The notes under the pieces: generated by a model
The model's input: the letters and a program-made list of their open reading frames with translations, nothing else
What the model was told of the DNA's origin: nothing
Database searches by the model: none
Origin: Candidatus Saccharimonadota bacterium
GTDB lineage: Bacteria; Patescibacteriota; Saccharimonadia; Saccharimonadales; SZUA-47
Assembly: GCA_016700315.1 (NCBI GenBank)
Contig: CP065013.1
Coordinates: 705,449 to 769,448 of the forward strand
Direction of reading: 5' to 3'
Length of the DNA: 64,000 bases
Shown here: positions 54,873 through 64,000 of the stretch, piece after piece
Layout of the letters: each line of letters opens with the position of its first letter
Position numbering within the stretch: the stretch's first letter is position 1
Made by a program: the position numbers and the translations under genes

Positions 54873-55784
54873 ATGATTAAAATGTCGAAAAAGAGGGTGG
54901 CAAGTTTATTAATTGTAACTGGGCTAGTTTTAGGTATCGTTAGCGCATCTTTGTGGTATACAAGACTGTATTGGACTAAAGAACGTCGCTTCTGGGCGGC
55001 CATCGAGAATGGCTTGCGTACATCTAGCGTGGTCAAGGAAGTAGTTACAGATAACCCAAATGGAGAGAGTAAGATAAATACTCGACTTACTTTCACGCCG
55101 CTTGCTTACACTGAAACTAAGACAGAAACTCACCAACGAATCGACACACAGACCAGCTCTGATGTGGTTACCCGTACGCTTACGACCCCTAAGGATGCCT
55201 ACGTCCGCTACGATTCGATTAGAAGTAATGAGAAAAAACCGGATGGTAGCAGTTTCGATTTCAGCCCAATAAATGGTGTTTGGGCTAAGCGTGATAGCTC
55301 GGATTATTCAGAGAACGACCTCAAAGATAGGCTGTCAGGTGCATATATTCAGACGATCCCATTCGCAAACCTTGACGAAGCAACCGCCCAAGAAATGGTG
55401 GGTAAACTAAGAGCAACTGGTGCTTACGAGGTAGATTATCAATCTGCCGCCGAAGACCATCAGAATAATCTAACTGTCTACAACGCGACTCTGAATGCCC
55501 GTGCATACGTTAGCGTGTTACAAGAAATTTACCAAAAAATCGGCTTTGGTGAGTCGTCCAATCTAGATCCGACTCAATATGACGGTAGCAGCAGTCTCAA
55601 AATACAGATTGCAATTGACGGGGCCAACATTGTGCGCAAAGTCGCCTATCCTCAATCAGGTAATAACGGGCCGTCATTTGAGTCCTACCGCGATTATGGA
55701 GCGCAAGTAGTTGTTAATCCCGCGACGAAATCAGCCATCAACTTTAGCGAGCTGCAGAATAGACTGACTAAGCTTCAAAAATAA
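54873..55784 (+). CDS. N-terminally anchored extracytoplasmic protein, unknown function
   Basis: 303 aa with one N-terminal TM segment (VASLLIVTGLVLGIVSASLW). Confidence 0.6.
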   Translation: MIKMSKKRVASLLIVTGLVLGIVSASLWYTRLYWTKERRFWAAIENGLRTSSVVKEVVTDNPNGESKINTRLTFTPLAYTETKTETHQRIDTQTSSDVVTRTLTTPKDAYVRYDSIRSNEKKPDGSSFDFSPINGVWAKRDSSDYSENDLKDRLSGAYIQTIPFANLDEATAQEMVGKLRATGAYEVDYQSAAEDHQNNLTVYNATLNARAYVSVLQEIYQKIGFGESSNLDPTQYDGSSSLKIQIAIDGANIVRKVAYPQSGNNGPSFESYRDYGAQVVVNPATKSAINFSELQNRLTKLQK

Positions 55785-55845
55785 ATCCTCTTTCGCTTAC
55801 TTTAATGTTAAGCTAAGATTAAGTTAGATATATAAGGGAGGTGTT

Positions 55846-57201
55846 ATGGACGAAAATAAACCTAACGAGCAGCCACTGCAAACTACGTCAGCGGAGGCGA
55901 CAAGCCCTCCGGTGGTTCCCAAAAAACCAAAGTCTAAAAAATTCTTGATCGGTGGTCTTGTGGCCGTTCTGCTTTTAGGCGGAGGTGCGTTTGCTTATCA
56001 GTCGGTAGTTCTGAATAGCCCTGAAAACATCTGGAAAACCTCAATGCAAAACACTGCTAAAGGCCTGAAGGCATTTAATGCTGTCGATAAGCTTGCTAGT
56101 GGTGGGGCAAATTTCAAGGGTTCATTCAATCTCGATAAACCAACTGGAGCTAGCGCATCTTTTGAAGGAAAAACCAAGGATCTTAATTCTTCTGTTTCTG
56201 GGAGTGTTAGTGCTGTAGGCTCTAAGGTAGATTTTAACCTCAACACAATCAAGGCCGAAGGCTCTGAATACCCAGACGTTTATTTTAAAGTAAAGGGCTT
56301 GGCCTCTGTGCCGCAGGTAGCGCAAATTGGCCCAGGATTATTGACTCAAGTAGAGGACAAGTGGTTTTTTGCTGACCACACACTGCTGGCTCAGGGCGCT
56401 CAACAAGCCCTACAGGCTACTGACGTTCCAAAGGCAGCAAATGTCACAATGAACGAACAGGACATCAAGAATATCCGTGAAAAGTTCGCTGATGTTATGG
56501 CGCAGTATGTTTTCACTACTGATGAAGCTAAATCAATTGTCAAGCGTACCGGAGAGCCAGTTAGTGAAGACTTCGAGGGTCGAGCAAGCGTCAAGTATGT
56601 CGTAGAGCCACAGAAAGAAAACATGAAAGCATTTCTTACCGCCATGAAGCAGGCAGTCAAAGACACAAAGCTAAAGGATTTGATTGAAGCAAATGGTTCT
56701 ACGGTTGATGATTCCTTGAAGCTTGACGATATTTTTAAGACTATAGAAAGCATGAAGCCTGAGGAATATCGTGCCGAAGTTTGGGCGGATAAGTCACTCA
56801 AGTATGTCCGTAATATTCGCTTCACTGATGACAATAACGACAGTGATGGTAAGGGAGTGATCAATATCGGGTTAAATTATACCGGGGGCGATGATTTTCC
56901 ATTCTATCTCAAGGCAGATGGTACAGACAGCGACAACACACAGATTAAGTTTAGTTTGAGTGACACAATCAACCGCGCAAGCGGTAAAATGACGGTTGCG
57001 TTTGACGCAGACATGGGAGGGGCTAGCGGGGTTAAAGCTAATATGAAGCTAGAGACAGAACCAAGTAAAGACGACGTTAAACCAGAAAAACCAAGTGGAG
57101 CTCGAAATATTATGGAGCTTTTCAGCCAGTTTACTGGCGGATCTAGTAGTTCATTGACCCAGCAAGAACAATCACTCCTAGATGACTTTCAGTCAAATTG
57201 A
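55846..57201 (+). CDS. N-terminally anchored extracytoplasmic protein, unknown function
   Basis: 451 aa with a GGGAGG Shine-Dalgarno sequence and a TM segment (FLIGGLVAVLLLGGGAFAY). Confidence 0.65.
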   Translation: MDENKPNEQPLQTTSAEATSPPVVPKKPKSKKFLIGGLVAVLLLGGGAFAYQSVVLNSPENIWKTSMQNTAKGLKAFNAVDKLASGGANFKGSFNLDKPTGASASFEGKTKDLNSSVSGSVSAVGSKVDFNLNTIKAEGSEYPDVYFKVKGLASVPQVAQIGPGLLTQVEDKWFFADHTLLAQGAQQALQATDVPKAANVTMNEQDIKNIREKFADVMAQYVFTTDEAKSIVKRTGEPVSEDFEGRASVKYVVEPQKENMKAFLTAMKQAVKDTKLKDLIEANGSTVDDSLKLDDIFKTIESMKPEEYRAEVWADKSLKYVRNIRFTDDNNDSDGKGVINIGLNYTGGDDFPFYLKADGTDSDNTQIKFSLSDTINRASGKMTVAFDADMGGASGVKANMKLETEPSKDDVKPEKPSGARNIMELFSQFTGGSSSSLTQQEQSLLDDFQSN

Positions 57202-57213
57202 ACAAGGTAGCTG

Positions 57214-58410
57214 ATGCGAAGAGTAATTGCCAAAATTCTCCAACTTCAAACTGAGAGATTATTGGAAAAGTGGAAGCCTTTGGTGATCGTGGTTACTGGT
57301 AGCGTCGGCAAGACCTCTACCACTCAGGCTATCGCCACAATGCTGGCTGCCACTAAGCGGGTAAGAGCTACACGACACAACTACAACACCGATGTTGGAG
57401 TGCCTTGTTCGGTCTTTGGTCATGACTTGCCCGAAACGTTGCTCAACCCCTTCGCATGGATCAGAATTGTAATAAAAAACGAACTAACCCTCAGCAGAAA
57501 TCCTGAGTTCGATACGCTTGTACTTGAGCTAGGTACCGATAAACCTGGCGAGATTGCTGACTTCGCCTATCTAAAGCCTCATATCGCGGTTGTGACGGCG
57601 ATTGCGCCAGAGCACATGGAGTTTTTTGGAACGATTGAATCTGTTGCAGAAGAGGAGCTTGCTGTTTTCGATTTTGCTGAAAGCGTGGCCTGCAATGAGC
57701 ACCTAGTGCCAGATAAGTATCTAGGCATCAAAGACGTCAATTGGTATTCAGTGCAGATTTTAGATAAATATAAAACCAAGCCAAAAGTGCTAGGCGAGCA
57801 GGGAAGGCAAACTGCAGCAGCGGCCGTCTGGGTAGCGGAAAAAGTGGGCATTGGTAAGGTTGCTACTGAGGCGGGACTAGCCAAACTTGCTCCACAAGCT
57901 GGGAGAATGCAACTTCTGAGGGGTGTTTGTGATGGCATCTTGGTAGACGATACTTACAATGCTAGTCCAGAAGCTTATATTGCTGCGTTAGACTTTTTGT
58001 ACCAGCAGAAAAACTGTGTAAGGCTACTTCTACTCGGTAACATGAACGAGCTGGGGGCTAGCTCCGCAGACGAGCACACTAGAATCGGTATGTACTGTGA
58101 TCCCAAGAAGCTGCAAGTAGTTGTAACTCTTGGCCCTGACGCCAATAAATTTGCGGCAGTAGCGGCCGAGAAGCGTGGCTGTAAAGTCGTTCGTACCCAA
58201 ACGCCGAGCCAAGCCGCCGACGTGCTCAGAACTGAGCTAAAGCGGGCCAAAGGCAAAAAAGTAGTATTACTCAAAGGCTCGCAAAACGGTGTTTTTGCCG
58301 AAGAGGCTGTAAAACAACTGCTGCAAAACAAAGAAGACGCCAGCAGACTAGTAAGGCAAAGCCCGGCTTGGCTAAAGAAAAAGGCTAAAACACTACGTTT
58401 GGTGGGTTAA
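57214..58410 (+). CDS. murF: Mur ligase family protein, MurF-like (UDP-MurNAc-peptide--D-Ala-D-Ala ligase)
   Basis: 398 aa. VTGSVGKTST P-loop, DDTYNASPEA, LGNMNELG. Adjacent to ddl. Shorter than typical MurF proteins. Confidence 0.75.
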   Translation: MRRVIAKILQLQTERLLEKWKPLVIVVTGSVGKTSTTQAIATMLAATKRVRATRHNYNTDVGVPCSVFGHDLPETLLNPFAWIRIVIKNELTLSRNPEFDTLVLELGTDKPGEIADFAYLKPHIAVVTAIAPEHMEFFGTIESVAEEELAVFDFAESVACNEHLVPDKYLGIKDVNWYSVQILDKYKTKPKVLGEQGRQTAAAAVWVAEKVGIGKVATEAGLAKLAPQAGRMQLLRGVCDGILVDDTYNASPEAYIAALDFLYQQKNCVRLLLLGNMNELGASSADEHTRIGMYCDPKKLQVVVTLGPDANKFAAVAAEKRGCKVVRTQTPSQAADVLRTELKRAKGKKVVLLKGSQNGVFAEEAVKQLLQNKEDASRLVRQSPAWLKKKAKTLRLVG

Positions 58411-58413
58411 AAT

Positions 58414-59325
58414 ATGATTATGAAGCTTTTAGTATTGCACGGCGGCGACTCGCCCGAAAAAGACATCTCTGAGCTGTCTGCTGAAAATATCTGCAATGCG
58501 GCTGCCGAAGCGGGCTACGAAGTTTCTAAGTATAATCCGGTAAATGGTGACGAAGGGCTTGCGAGTGCCGTTCGTGCCGCCGATCTAGTAATAATTGCTA
58601 TGCATGGTGTAGGCGCTGAGGACGGCGTAATTCAAGGAAAGCTCGAAGCTCTTAATGCCAAATTTCTAGGCTCGGATAGCGCTGTTTCAGCTTTAACCTT
58701 CGATAAAGTCAAAACTCACGAGCTGCTCGAGAGTCACGGTATTACGATGCCCAAATATTGCGTAGTTTCCGCCAGTAACTTTGATGACTGTGAGCTGACG
58801 AGGTCAAAATTTGTTATGAAACCAATCAATAACGGCTCAAGTCTAGACACAGTAGTAGTACGGCAAGAGCGAGATAAGGAAAAGCTTGAACAGTGCCGTA
58901 AGCTATTAACAAAATACAAAACCATGTTAGTAGAGCAGCTGATAGTCGGTTCTGAAGTAAGTGTGCCTGTTTTAGGAAAAAAGGTACTGCCGTCTATTCT
59001 TGCCATCCCGCCAGAAGGAAGTGAATTTGACTATGAGAACAAGTATAACGGACTGAGCCAAGAGATAGTACCAATTCCTGATTCGATGCTGTCTATTGAT
59101 AAACAGCGAGAGTTGGAAGAGCTAGCGCTGAGGGTTCATCATCTTACGGGTTGTAAACACCTATCTCGAACAGACATCATGCTAGATAAGGATTTAAAGC
59201 CATTTGTGTTAGAAATCAACACTCTTCCAGGTATGACTAAAGAAAGTTTTTATCCCAAATCAGCTCGAGCTGTCGGTTTTAGTATGCCGCAGCTTGTTCA
59301 CGAATTTGTAAGACTGGTTGAGTAA
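58414..59325 (+). CDS. ddl: D-alanine--D-alanine ligase
   Basis: 303 aa. ATP-grasp blocks (HG..GEDG..QG.LE, KP...GSS, E.N..PG.T..S) in Ddl order. Confidence 0.9.
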   Translation: MIMKLLVLHGGDSPEKDISELSAENICNAAAEAGYEVSKYNPVNGDEGLASAVRAADLVIIAMHGVGAEDGVIQGKLEALNAKFLGSDSAVSALTFDKVKTHELLESHGITMPKYCVVSASNFDDCELTRSKFVMKPINNGSSLDTVVVRQERDKEKLEQCRKLLTKYKTMLVEQLIVGSEVSVPVLGKKVLPSILAIPPEGSEFDYENKYNGLSQEIVPIPDSMLSIDKQRELEELALRVHHLTGCKHLSRTDIMLDKDLKPFVLEINTLPGMTKESFYPKSARAVGFSMPQLVHEFVRLVE

Positions 59326-59330
59326 GAATA

Positions 59331-60254
59331 ATGGCTATGATGTATAAAAAAGTTTGGTTTGGGAAAGAGCTGGTTGAGGCGGATAGCGCCAGCCTTAGCA
59401 TTGCTAGCTCCGCAGTCCTGTATGGTTTGAGTGTCTACACAGTATTTCCAGTATGCATCGGTGAAAAAGGCGAAAAGTTTGCTTTTAGGCTCGATGAGCA
59501 TTTTAAGAGGCTCAAAAACTCAGCGCGGATTATCGGGATTGATGGCTTTGAAGAAAAATGGACTTACCCGAAGTTCGAAGCTGCTTGCCGCAAACTGATT
59601 GATGCAAATTCGGTAGACAAAGACGTTTTTGTGCGGGCGACAATTCACGTTTCAAGTGAGATTGCTGGTACACGCTCGCGCGGGCTAGAAACAGTACTTA
59701 GTATTTTTGTTTACGACGCTAACCCCATCTTGCCACAAGACGGCGCCAGACTAAAAACAAGCGTTTGGCGGCGGATTCCAGACTTCGCGATTCCGTCTCG
59801 AGCTAAGGTTAACGGCGCTTATGTCAACTCTGTGCTGGCCAAGCAGGACGCCCTAGATAGCGGCTACGATGACTGCATTTTTCTAGACAGCCACGGGCAC
59901 GTTTGTGAGCTTTCGGCAGCAAACATTTTTTTGATCCGGCACGAAGAGCTGATTACACCCGATACAACTAGCGACTTGCTTGAGGGGATTAATCGAAAGT
60001 CAATTATCCAGATTGCACGCGAAGAATTTGGTATTAAGGTGAGGGAGCGGCAAGTAGACTTAACCGAGCTCTACGTGGCCGACGAGGTTTTTGCGACTGG
60101 CACAAGCGCTTTGATTGCCCCGATTACAGAGATAGATGGTCGCAAAGTTGGGCATGGTAAGTTGGGTGATATTGCGTTAAAGATTCAGAAACTTCACTCC
60201 GATATCCTGCATGGCCGCTCAGCCAAGCACCGCAACTGGCTAACTAAATTATAG
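59331..60254 (+). CDS. class IV aminotransferase (branched-chain / D-amino-acid aminotransferase family)
   Basis: 307 aa. Fold-type IV blocks (LYGLSVYT, RAKVNGAYVNSVLA, E.SAANIF, TP......LEGI.R). D-amino-acid specificity is not determinable from the sequence. Confidence 0.8.
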   Translation: MAMMYKKVWFGKELVEADSASLSIASSAVLYGLSVYTVFPVCIGEKGEKFAFRLDEHFKRLKNSARIIGIDGFEEKWTYPKFEAACRKLIDANSVDKDVFVRATIHVSSEIAGTRSRGLETVLSIFVYDANPILPQDGARLKTSVWRRIPDFAIPSRAKVNGAYVNSVLAKQDALDSGYDDCIFLDSHGHVCELSAANIFLIRHEELITPDTTSDLLEGINRKSIIQIAREEFGIKVRERQVDLTELYVADEVFATGTSALIAPITEIDGRKVGHGKLGDIALKIQKLHSDILHGRSAKHRNWLTKL

Positions 60255-60294
60255 CGCTTGTGCATATAAATATGTTCAGCGGTATTATTGATTC

Positions 60295-61080
60295 ATGAGA
60301 CCCAAAATTCCACTTCCAGAGCTACCTATTTTTGCATATTTAGAGGTTTTGGGTAAGCCGAAATTACCAATTACGCTTAACAAAGATAATATCGGAAATA
60401 GCAAGCTGTTAGTAGGCGGCGGTGAGCTATTGTTGGGCGGCATAACCTGTGAAATGGTTGCACTTGCAACGCTCGCCAGTCCTGACGAGTATGTCTCAGA
60501 TCAAAAGCTTAAAGATTATGGGGTTAGGGCAACTGGCTTAGTGCCGGGTGCCGTGAGCCAGCTAAATGCTTTTACGGGAAAACTTGGGCTGGGGAATCCT
60601 TGGGTATGTCAAGCAGAACGTACCAGTAGAAGGTCTGGTAATAAGTATGGGGCGATATTTAAAAGCATTGTCGAGGTAGCACCTAGCGAAAAGTCAACTG
60701 AAGCTATACTAAGCCCTGCAGAAGCCGACGCCAAGCACTGGATAGATAGGCTTGAAGATACTAGACCGATTCTAGTATCGAACCTAGGACTTCGTAACTG
60801 GTCATATGTTCAGGTACTGCTTCTTAGAGATTTAATCGACAGCGCTGAGTTGGGACTAAATCTTGCAGAAACGCTCGAGACCTACAAATCTAAATTCGCC
60901 CAAATGAACGACTATGATTTCGATAATCTTGCCCAAGAGTTTCTAAGCGTTGTAAAGAAAATTAATGGTAAGAAACACTTAGCACGCGCCGAAGTAAAGA
61001 TGACTGGTAATACTGCAAGTAAAGATCCAACTCAAGTCCGTTTTCATTGGGTGAGCACTCGTAAACGATTAGGTGCTTAA
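60295..61080 (+). CDS. hypothetical protein (261 aa)
   Basis: ORF only. Confidence 0.55.
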   Translation: MRPKIPLPELPIFAYLEVLGKPKLPITLNKDNIGNSKLLVGGGELLLGGITCEMVALATLASPDEYVSDQKLKDYGVRATGLVPGAVSQLNAFTGKLGLGNPWVCQAERTSRRSGNKYGAIFKSIVEVAPSEKSTEAILSPAEADAKHWIDRLEDTRPILVSNLGLRNWSYVQVLLLRDLIDSAELGLNLAETLETYKSKFAQMNDYDFDNLAQEFLSVVKKINGKKHLARAEVKMTGNTASKDPTQVRFHWVSTRKRLGA

Positions 61081-61312
61081 GCACCGACGGGTAACAATTC
61101 GATAAAAGTACTCGGTACTCTAGGCTATATCAGAAATAAGATCAACTGAAAATAATTATGATTTTTACTAAAACCGTCTTAGTCTGAGCTCAATATTTAC
61201 TATGTCGTGGCCCTAAGGTATCGAGCTACGGTAGTTGTTGGAGAAAACACATCAATAATTAAAGACGCTTATGGTTGAGTGTAGGTGTTTTTTTGGATAC
61301 TATCTTTAAAGT

Positions 61313-62827
61313 ATGAGGGGCATAGACTTTAAAGATGGGTTATATAAAACCCCAAAGATTGGACCAGCAAAGAGGTTTGACGATTATCCGCAGTCCTCGA
61401 TAGAAGTCCTAGATGGCAGGATGTACCTCAATAGTGTTTTGTATGATGAACGGATTGACTTAGAAAACGGTTTTGGGGACAAGCGGGCAGGCAGTTTTGT
61501 AACAGCGTTGGTTGATCACCAGTTTCATTTAATAGACATAAGGCAACTCTCGATGCCGGAAAAATTTGAGACGCGTGATGGCGCTGGCAGCATGGACAGA
61601 CTTACGACGCTACTGGAAAGCGCAGTAATGGCCGCTAAGCTTGGCGCAACTTTTGAGCAGATTGTACAGGTTATGCTAAGTGATCTAAACGTAACAATTG
61701 ATTCGCATAGGCTTGGTGATCAACTGGTTGGGGATTACGACAAGCAGTCGGCTCGGGATGATAAGCTATGGGACTATATTCGCCGTAGCGGGCTATATGA
61801 AGATCTAAAACACAATGAGCTCATGGAAGAAGATGGTCGACTGGCAGGCTCGCCCTTAACTCTTGAGTTGTTAGCTAATCCTAATAACCCAAGGAGGCAC
61901 GACATTATAGAGTGCCCAAGACCAGATGGGAACGCCGATCGTACACCGTTTACATTAATTGAAGGACTTTATTTGGTAGATCATAAGCTTGTACGTGACG
62001 CCGCTGATTCGTTGGTCAGAGTCGAGGTTAATGGGAAAAACGGAGTTGAAGAGCGAATGGCTTTTAATGATGTAGATGCCGCGAGACTACTTTACCAACT
62101 GTCGGTTAGGCATTTAGCGGAACATTGGGGCGACGCCGCACATCACATTGTGGAAGAGCTTTTATCCTGGTCTGATAAATATAGATTCCTAGAGCCAACA
62201 GGCTTATACCGCGACTTCCAAACCAATCTTCCTACCGATCACCTTCATAACTCACAGTCTGAATGGTATGGCCTCGCTGACCGAGATTCTTTTGTGTTGA
62301 ATATTCAAAATGTAGCTGCCAACTTGGCTACGGAAATAAAACAAGCAATGCAGCCGGTGCAGAATGATGATGAGGTGTACGGCGGACCCGTCAAAATCCA
62401 AGGTGTATCGATTGAAAAAAGCGTAAACAGGCCAAAGCCGACAGTTAATGCCAGCCTAGAATCAAAGTATGATAAAACGGGTGAGCTCTGGGTAGGGTTG
62501 CCTTCGCATAAGTATCGGGCACCGATCGACTCTTTGGTGACTACGAAATCTGGCTTACAAAGAGTTAGCGAAATCGATACTAATCTAAGTAAATTTGCTG
62601 AAGATAGATTGAAGTGGCTTGGGCCATACCTCGCCAGAATAATTCTGCCGGCCTCGATTATCAAGGAACTAGAATATGGCTGTAACCTAGTACGAAGTGG
62701 TTGGGAGGCCGTTAGAGCCCAAAAGTCCGAAGCCCATCCTCTTAGGCGGGAAGCTATGGAGACTTGGCAGCTGAGTCAGCAAATCAAACAAGCGAGTACC
62801 TTGACTAAGCAACTGGCTCGATCTTGA
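61313..62827 (+). CDS. hypothetical protein (504 aa)
   Basis: ORF only. Confidence 0.6.
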   Translation: MRGIDFKDGLYKTPKIGPAKRFDDYPQSSIEVLDGRMYLNSVLYDERIDLENGFGDKRAGSFVTALVDHQFHLIDIRQLSMPEKFETRDGAGSMDRLTTLLESAVMAAKLGATFEQIVQVMLSDLNVTIDSHRLGDQLVGDYDKQSARDDKLWDYIRRSGLYEDLKHNELMEEDGRLAGSPLTLELLANPNNPRRHDIIECPRPDGNADRTPFTLIEGLYLVDHKLVRDAADSLVRVEVNGKNGVEERMAFNDVDAARLLYQLSVRHLAEHWGDAAHHIVEELLSWSDKYRFLEPTGLYRDFQTNLPTDHLHNSQSEWYGLADRDSFVLNIQNVAANLATEIKQAMQPVQNDDEVYGGPVKIQGVSIEKSVNRPKPTVNASLESKYDKTGELWVGLPSHKYRAPIDSLVTTKSGLQRVSEIDTNLSKFAEDRLKWLGPYLARIILPASIIKELEYGCNLVRSGWEAVRAQKSEAHPLRREAMETWQLSQQIKQASTLTKQLARS

Positions 62828-62888
62828 TTTTGCCAATGGATATCCTGGTTTAATTCAGACAGGTAACAGATATGGTAAAATAACTCTT

Positions 62889-64000
62889 ATGAAGAGGTAT
62901 GATCCGAAAAGCATCGAGCCTAAATGGCAGGCGCGCTGGGCAGAAGACAAAGTCTATGAAGCAGTAGATGGCGCCCAAAAGCCTAAGATTTATGCTACAC
63001 CTATGCTGCCATACCCAAGTGGCTCGGCCATGCACACCGGGCATGTTCGTAACTATGCTATAGCTGACGTTGTCGCTCGTTTTTATCGCCAAAAGGGCTA
63101 CAATACTCTTCATACTATGGCTTGGGACGCCTTCGGTTTGCCGGCCGAAAACTATGCAATCAAGACCGGTACGCCACCGGCTGTATCGACAGCTCAAAAC
63201 ACTGTTTATTTCAAAAAACAGCTTCAGGCGCTAGCTATGAGCTACGACTGGAGCCGTGAGTTTACGACGAGTGACCCAAGTTATTACAAATGGACTCAGT
63301 GGGTTTTTGGGCTGATGTACAGTCGGGGCCTAGCCTATAAGGCTGAGAAAGCTCAATGGTGGTGCGAAAAATGTAACACCGTGTTAGCCGATGAGCAAGT
63401 CGATGCTAGCGGTAAATGTTGGCGCCATGACAGTCCTGAGGACGACAAAGTTACCAAAAGGGACGTAAGCCAGTGGTTTTTGAAGATCACTGAGTATGCT
63501 GATCAAATCTTGGATGCGACGGATGATCTGGACTGGCCAGATAAAATCAAAGCGATGCAGAAGAACTGGATCGGCCGCTCGCGTGGAGCGCTCATAAAAT
63601 TCGCACTCCAGAACGAGGAACGAGGAACGAGGAACGAGGCTAAATTCCTTGAAGTGTTTACGACACGCGCTGATACCATTTTTAGTGGAGCGTTTATAGT
63701 ACTAGCTCCTGAACATAAGCTCGTAGCACAGTTAACTACCGACGAACACAAGGCCGAAATTGAAGACTACATAAAAACTGCGTCCAAAAAATCCGAGCTT
63801 GAAAGACAAGAAAATAAGGGAAAAACAGGTGTGTTCACCGGTTCGTATGCAATAAACCCAGCAAATGATAAGAAAATTCCTATCTGGATTGGTGATTTTG
63901 TACTGGCCAGTTATGGTACGGGCGCAGTATTTGGCGATATTCATGACGAGCGCGATTTTGAATTTTTGAAAAAATACGACATCCCGGCAGAAGTTACTGT
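62889..64000 (+). CDS. leuS: leucine--tRNA ligase, N-terminal part (continues beyond window)
   Basis: The frame is open from the ATG at 62889 to the window end. MKRYDPKSIEPKWQARW..., class I HTGH (HIGH-type) motif in PYPSGSAMHTGHVRNY, FTTRADTIF...VLAPEH. Confidence 0.93.
   Translation, partial: MKRYDPKSIEPKWQARWAEDKVYEAVDGAQKPKIYATPMLPYPSGSAMHTGHVRNYAIADVVARFYRQKGYNTLHTMAWDAFGLPAENYAIKTGTPPAVSTAQNTVYFKKQLQALAMSYDWSREFTTSDPSYYKWTQWVFGLMYSRGLAYKAEKAQWWCEKCNTVLADEQVDASGKCWRHDSPEDDKVTKRDVSQWFLKITEYADQILDATDDLDWPDKIKAMQKNWIGRSRGALIKFALQNEERGTRNEAKFLEVFTTRADTIFSGAFIVLAPEHKLVAQLTTDEHKAEIEDYIKTASKKSELERQENKGKTGVFTGSYAINPANDKKIPIWIGDFVLASYGTGAVFGDIHDERDFEFLKKYDIPAEVT
63611..63638 (+). repeat. heptanucleotide tandem repeat (GAACGAG x4) inside leuS
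   Basis: Read directly. It encodes ...QNEERGTRNEAK... in a variable insertion region. Confidence 0.9.

Overview
A 64-kb window from a compact, gene-dense bacterial chromosome that uses the standard genetic code (TGA, TAA and TAG all act as stops). GC is moderate by eye; I did not compute it. The gene content and style resemble a small-genome, host-dependent lineage of the Candidate Phyla Radiation / Saccharibacteria type. That call rests on salvage-only NAD metabolism, many anchored surface proteins, few biosynthetic genes and a LAGLIDADG endonuclease next to tRNAs. It is an inference, not a database result.

The housekeeping backbone is:
- translation and RNA: alaS (3' end), rplY, trhO, leuS (5' part) and four tRNAs, Leu-CAG, Leu-GAG, Val-TAC and Ala-GGC
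- division and cell wall: ftsA, ruvX, mltG, a LysM/CHAP hydrolase and a murF-ddl-class IV aminotransferase cluster
- DNA repair and replication: sbcB, uvrA, uvrC, ligA
- other: obg, pepP, secG, an oligopeptide-type substrate-binding protein, lemA-htpX

Five regions stand out:
1. An accessory/mobile island at about 33.2-40.6 kb. It holds an IS30 element, two 117-bp direct repeats, a free-standing LAGLIDADG endonuclease that runs into a tRNA-Leu, and a GC-rich foreign block after tRNA-Val. It also holds a two-gene cassette (CHAT/caspase-like protein plus thymidylate-kinase-like P-loop protein) enclosed by perfect 171-bp inverted repeats.
2. A complete NAD salvage locus (pncA-pncB-pnuC-nadR-nudix, and nadE-nrtR). 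Three copies of a TTAGTGT-N7-ACACTAT palindrome sit on the promoters. The same palindromes also cover the promoter of an uncharacterised divergent operon encoding an HExxH protein, a PLP-fold protein and an ADP-ribosylglycohydrolase.
3. A roughly 400-nt ORF-poor, hairpin-rich region directly upstream of tRNA-Leu(CAG) that carries three collinear blocks copied from that tRNA.
4. A sortase-fold protein whose catalytic His and Cys positions read Tyr and Ser. It lies next to a BspA/cadherin surface protein that ends in an LGATG sorting signal.
5. A G8 tract that splits a small secreted-protein gene.

Many genes have a -10 hexamer only 6-8 nt upstream of the start codon, which looks like a leaderless arrangement. 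No CRISPR array and no rRNA gene are present. All coordinates, repeats and motifs were read by eye from the sequence and the ORF track. No searches or computations were run.
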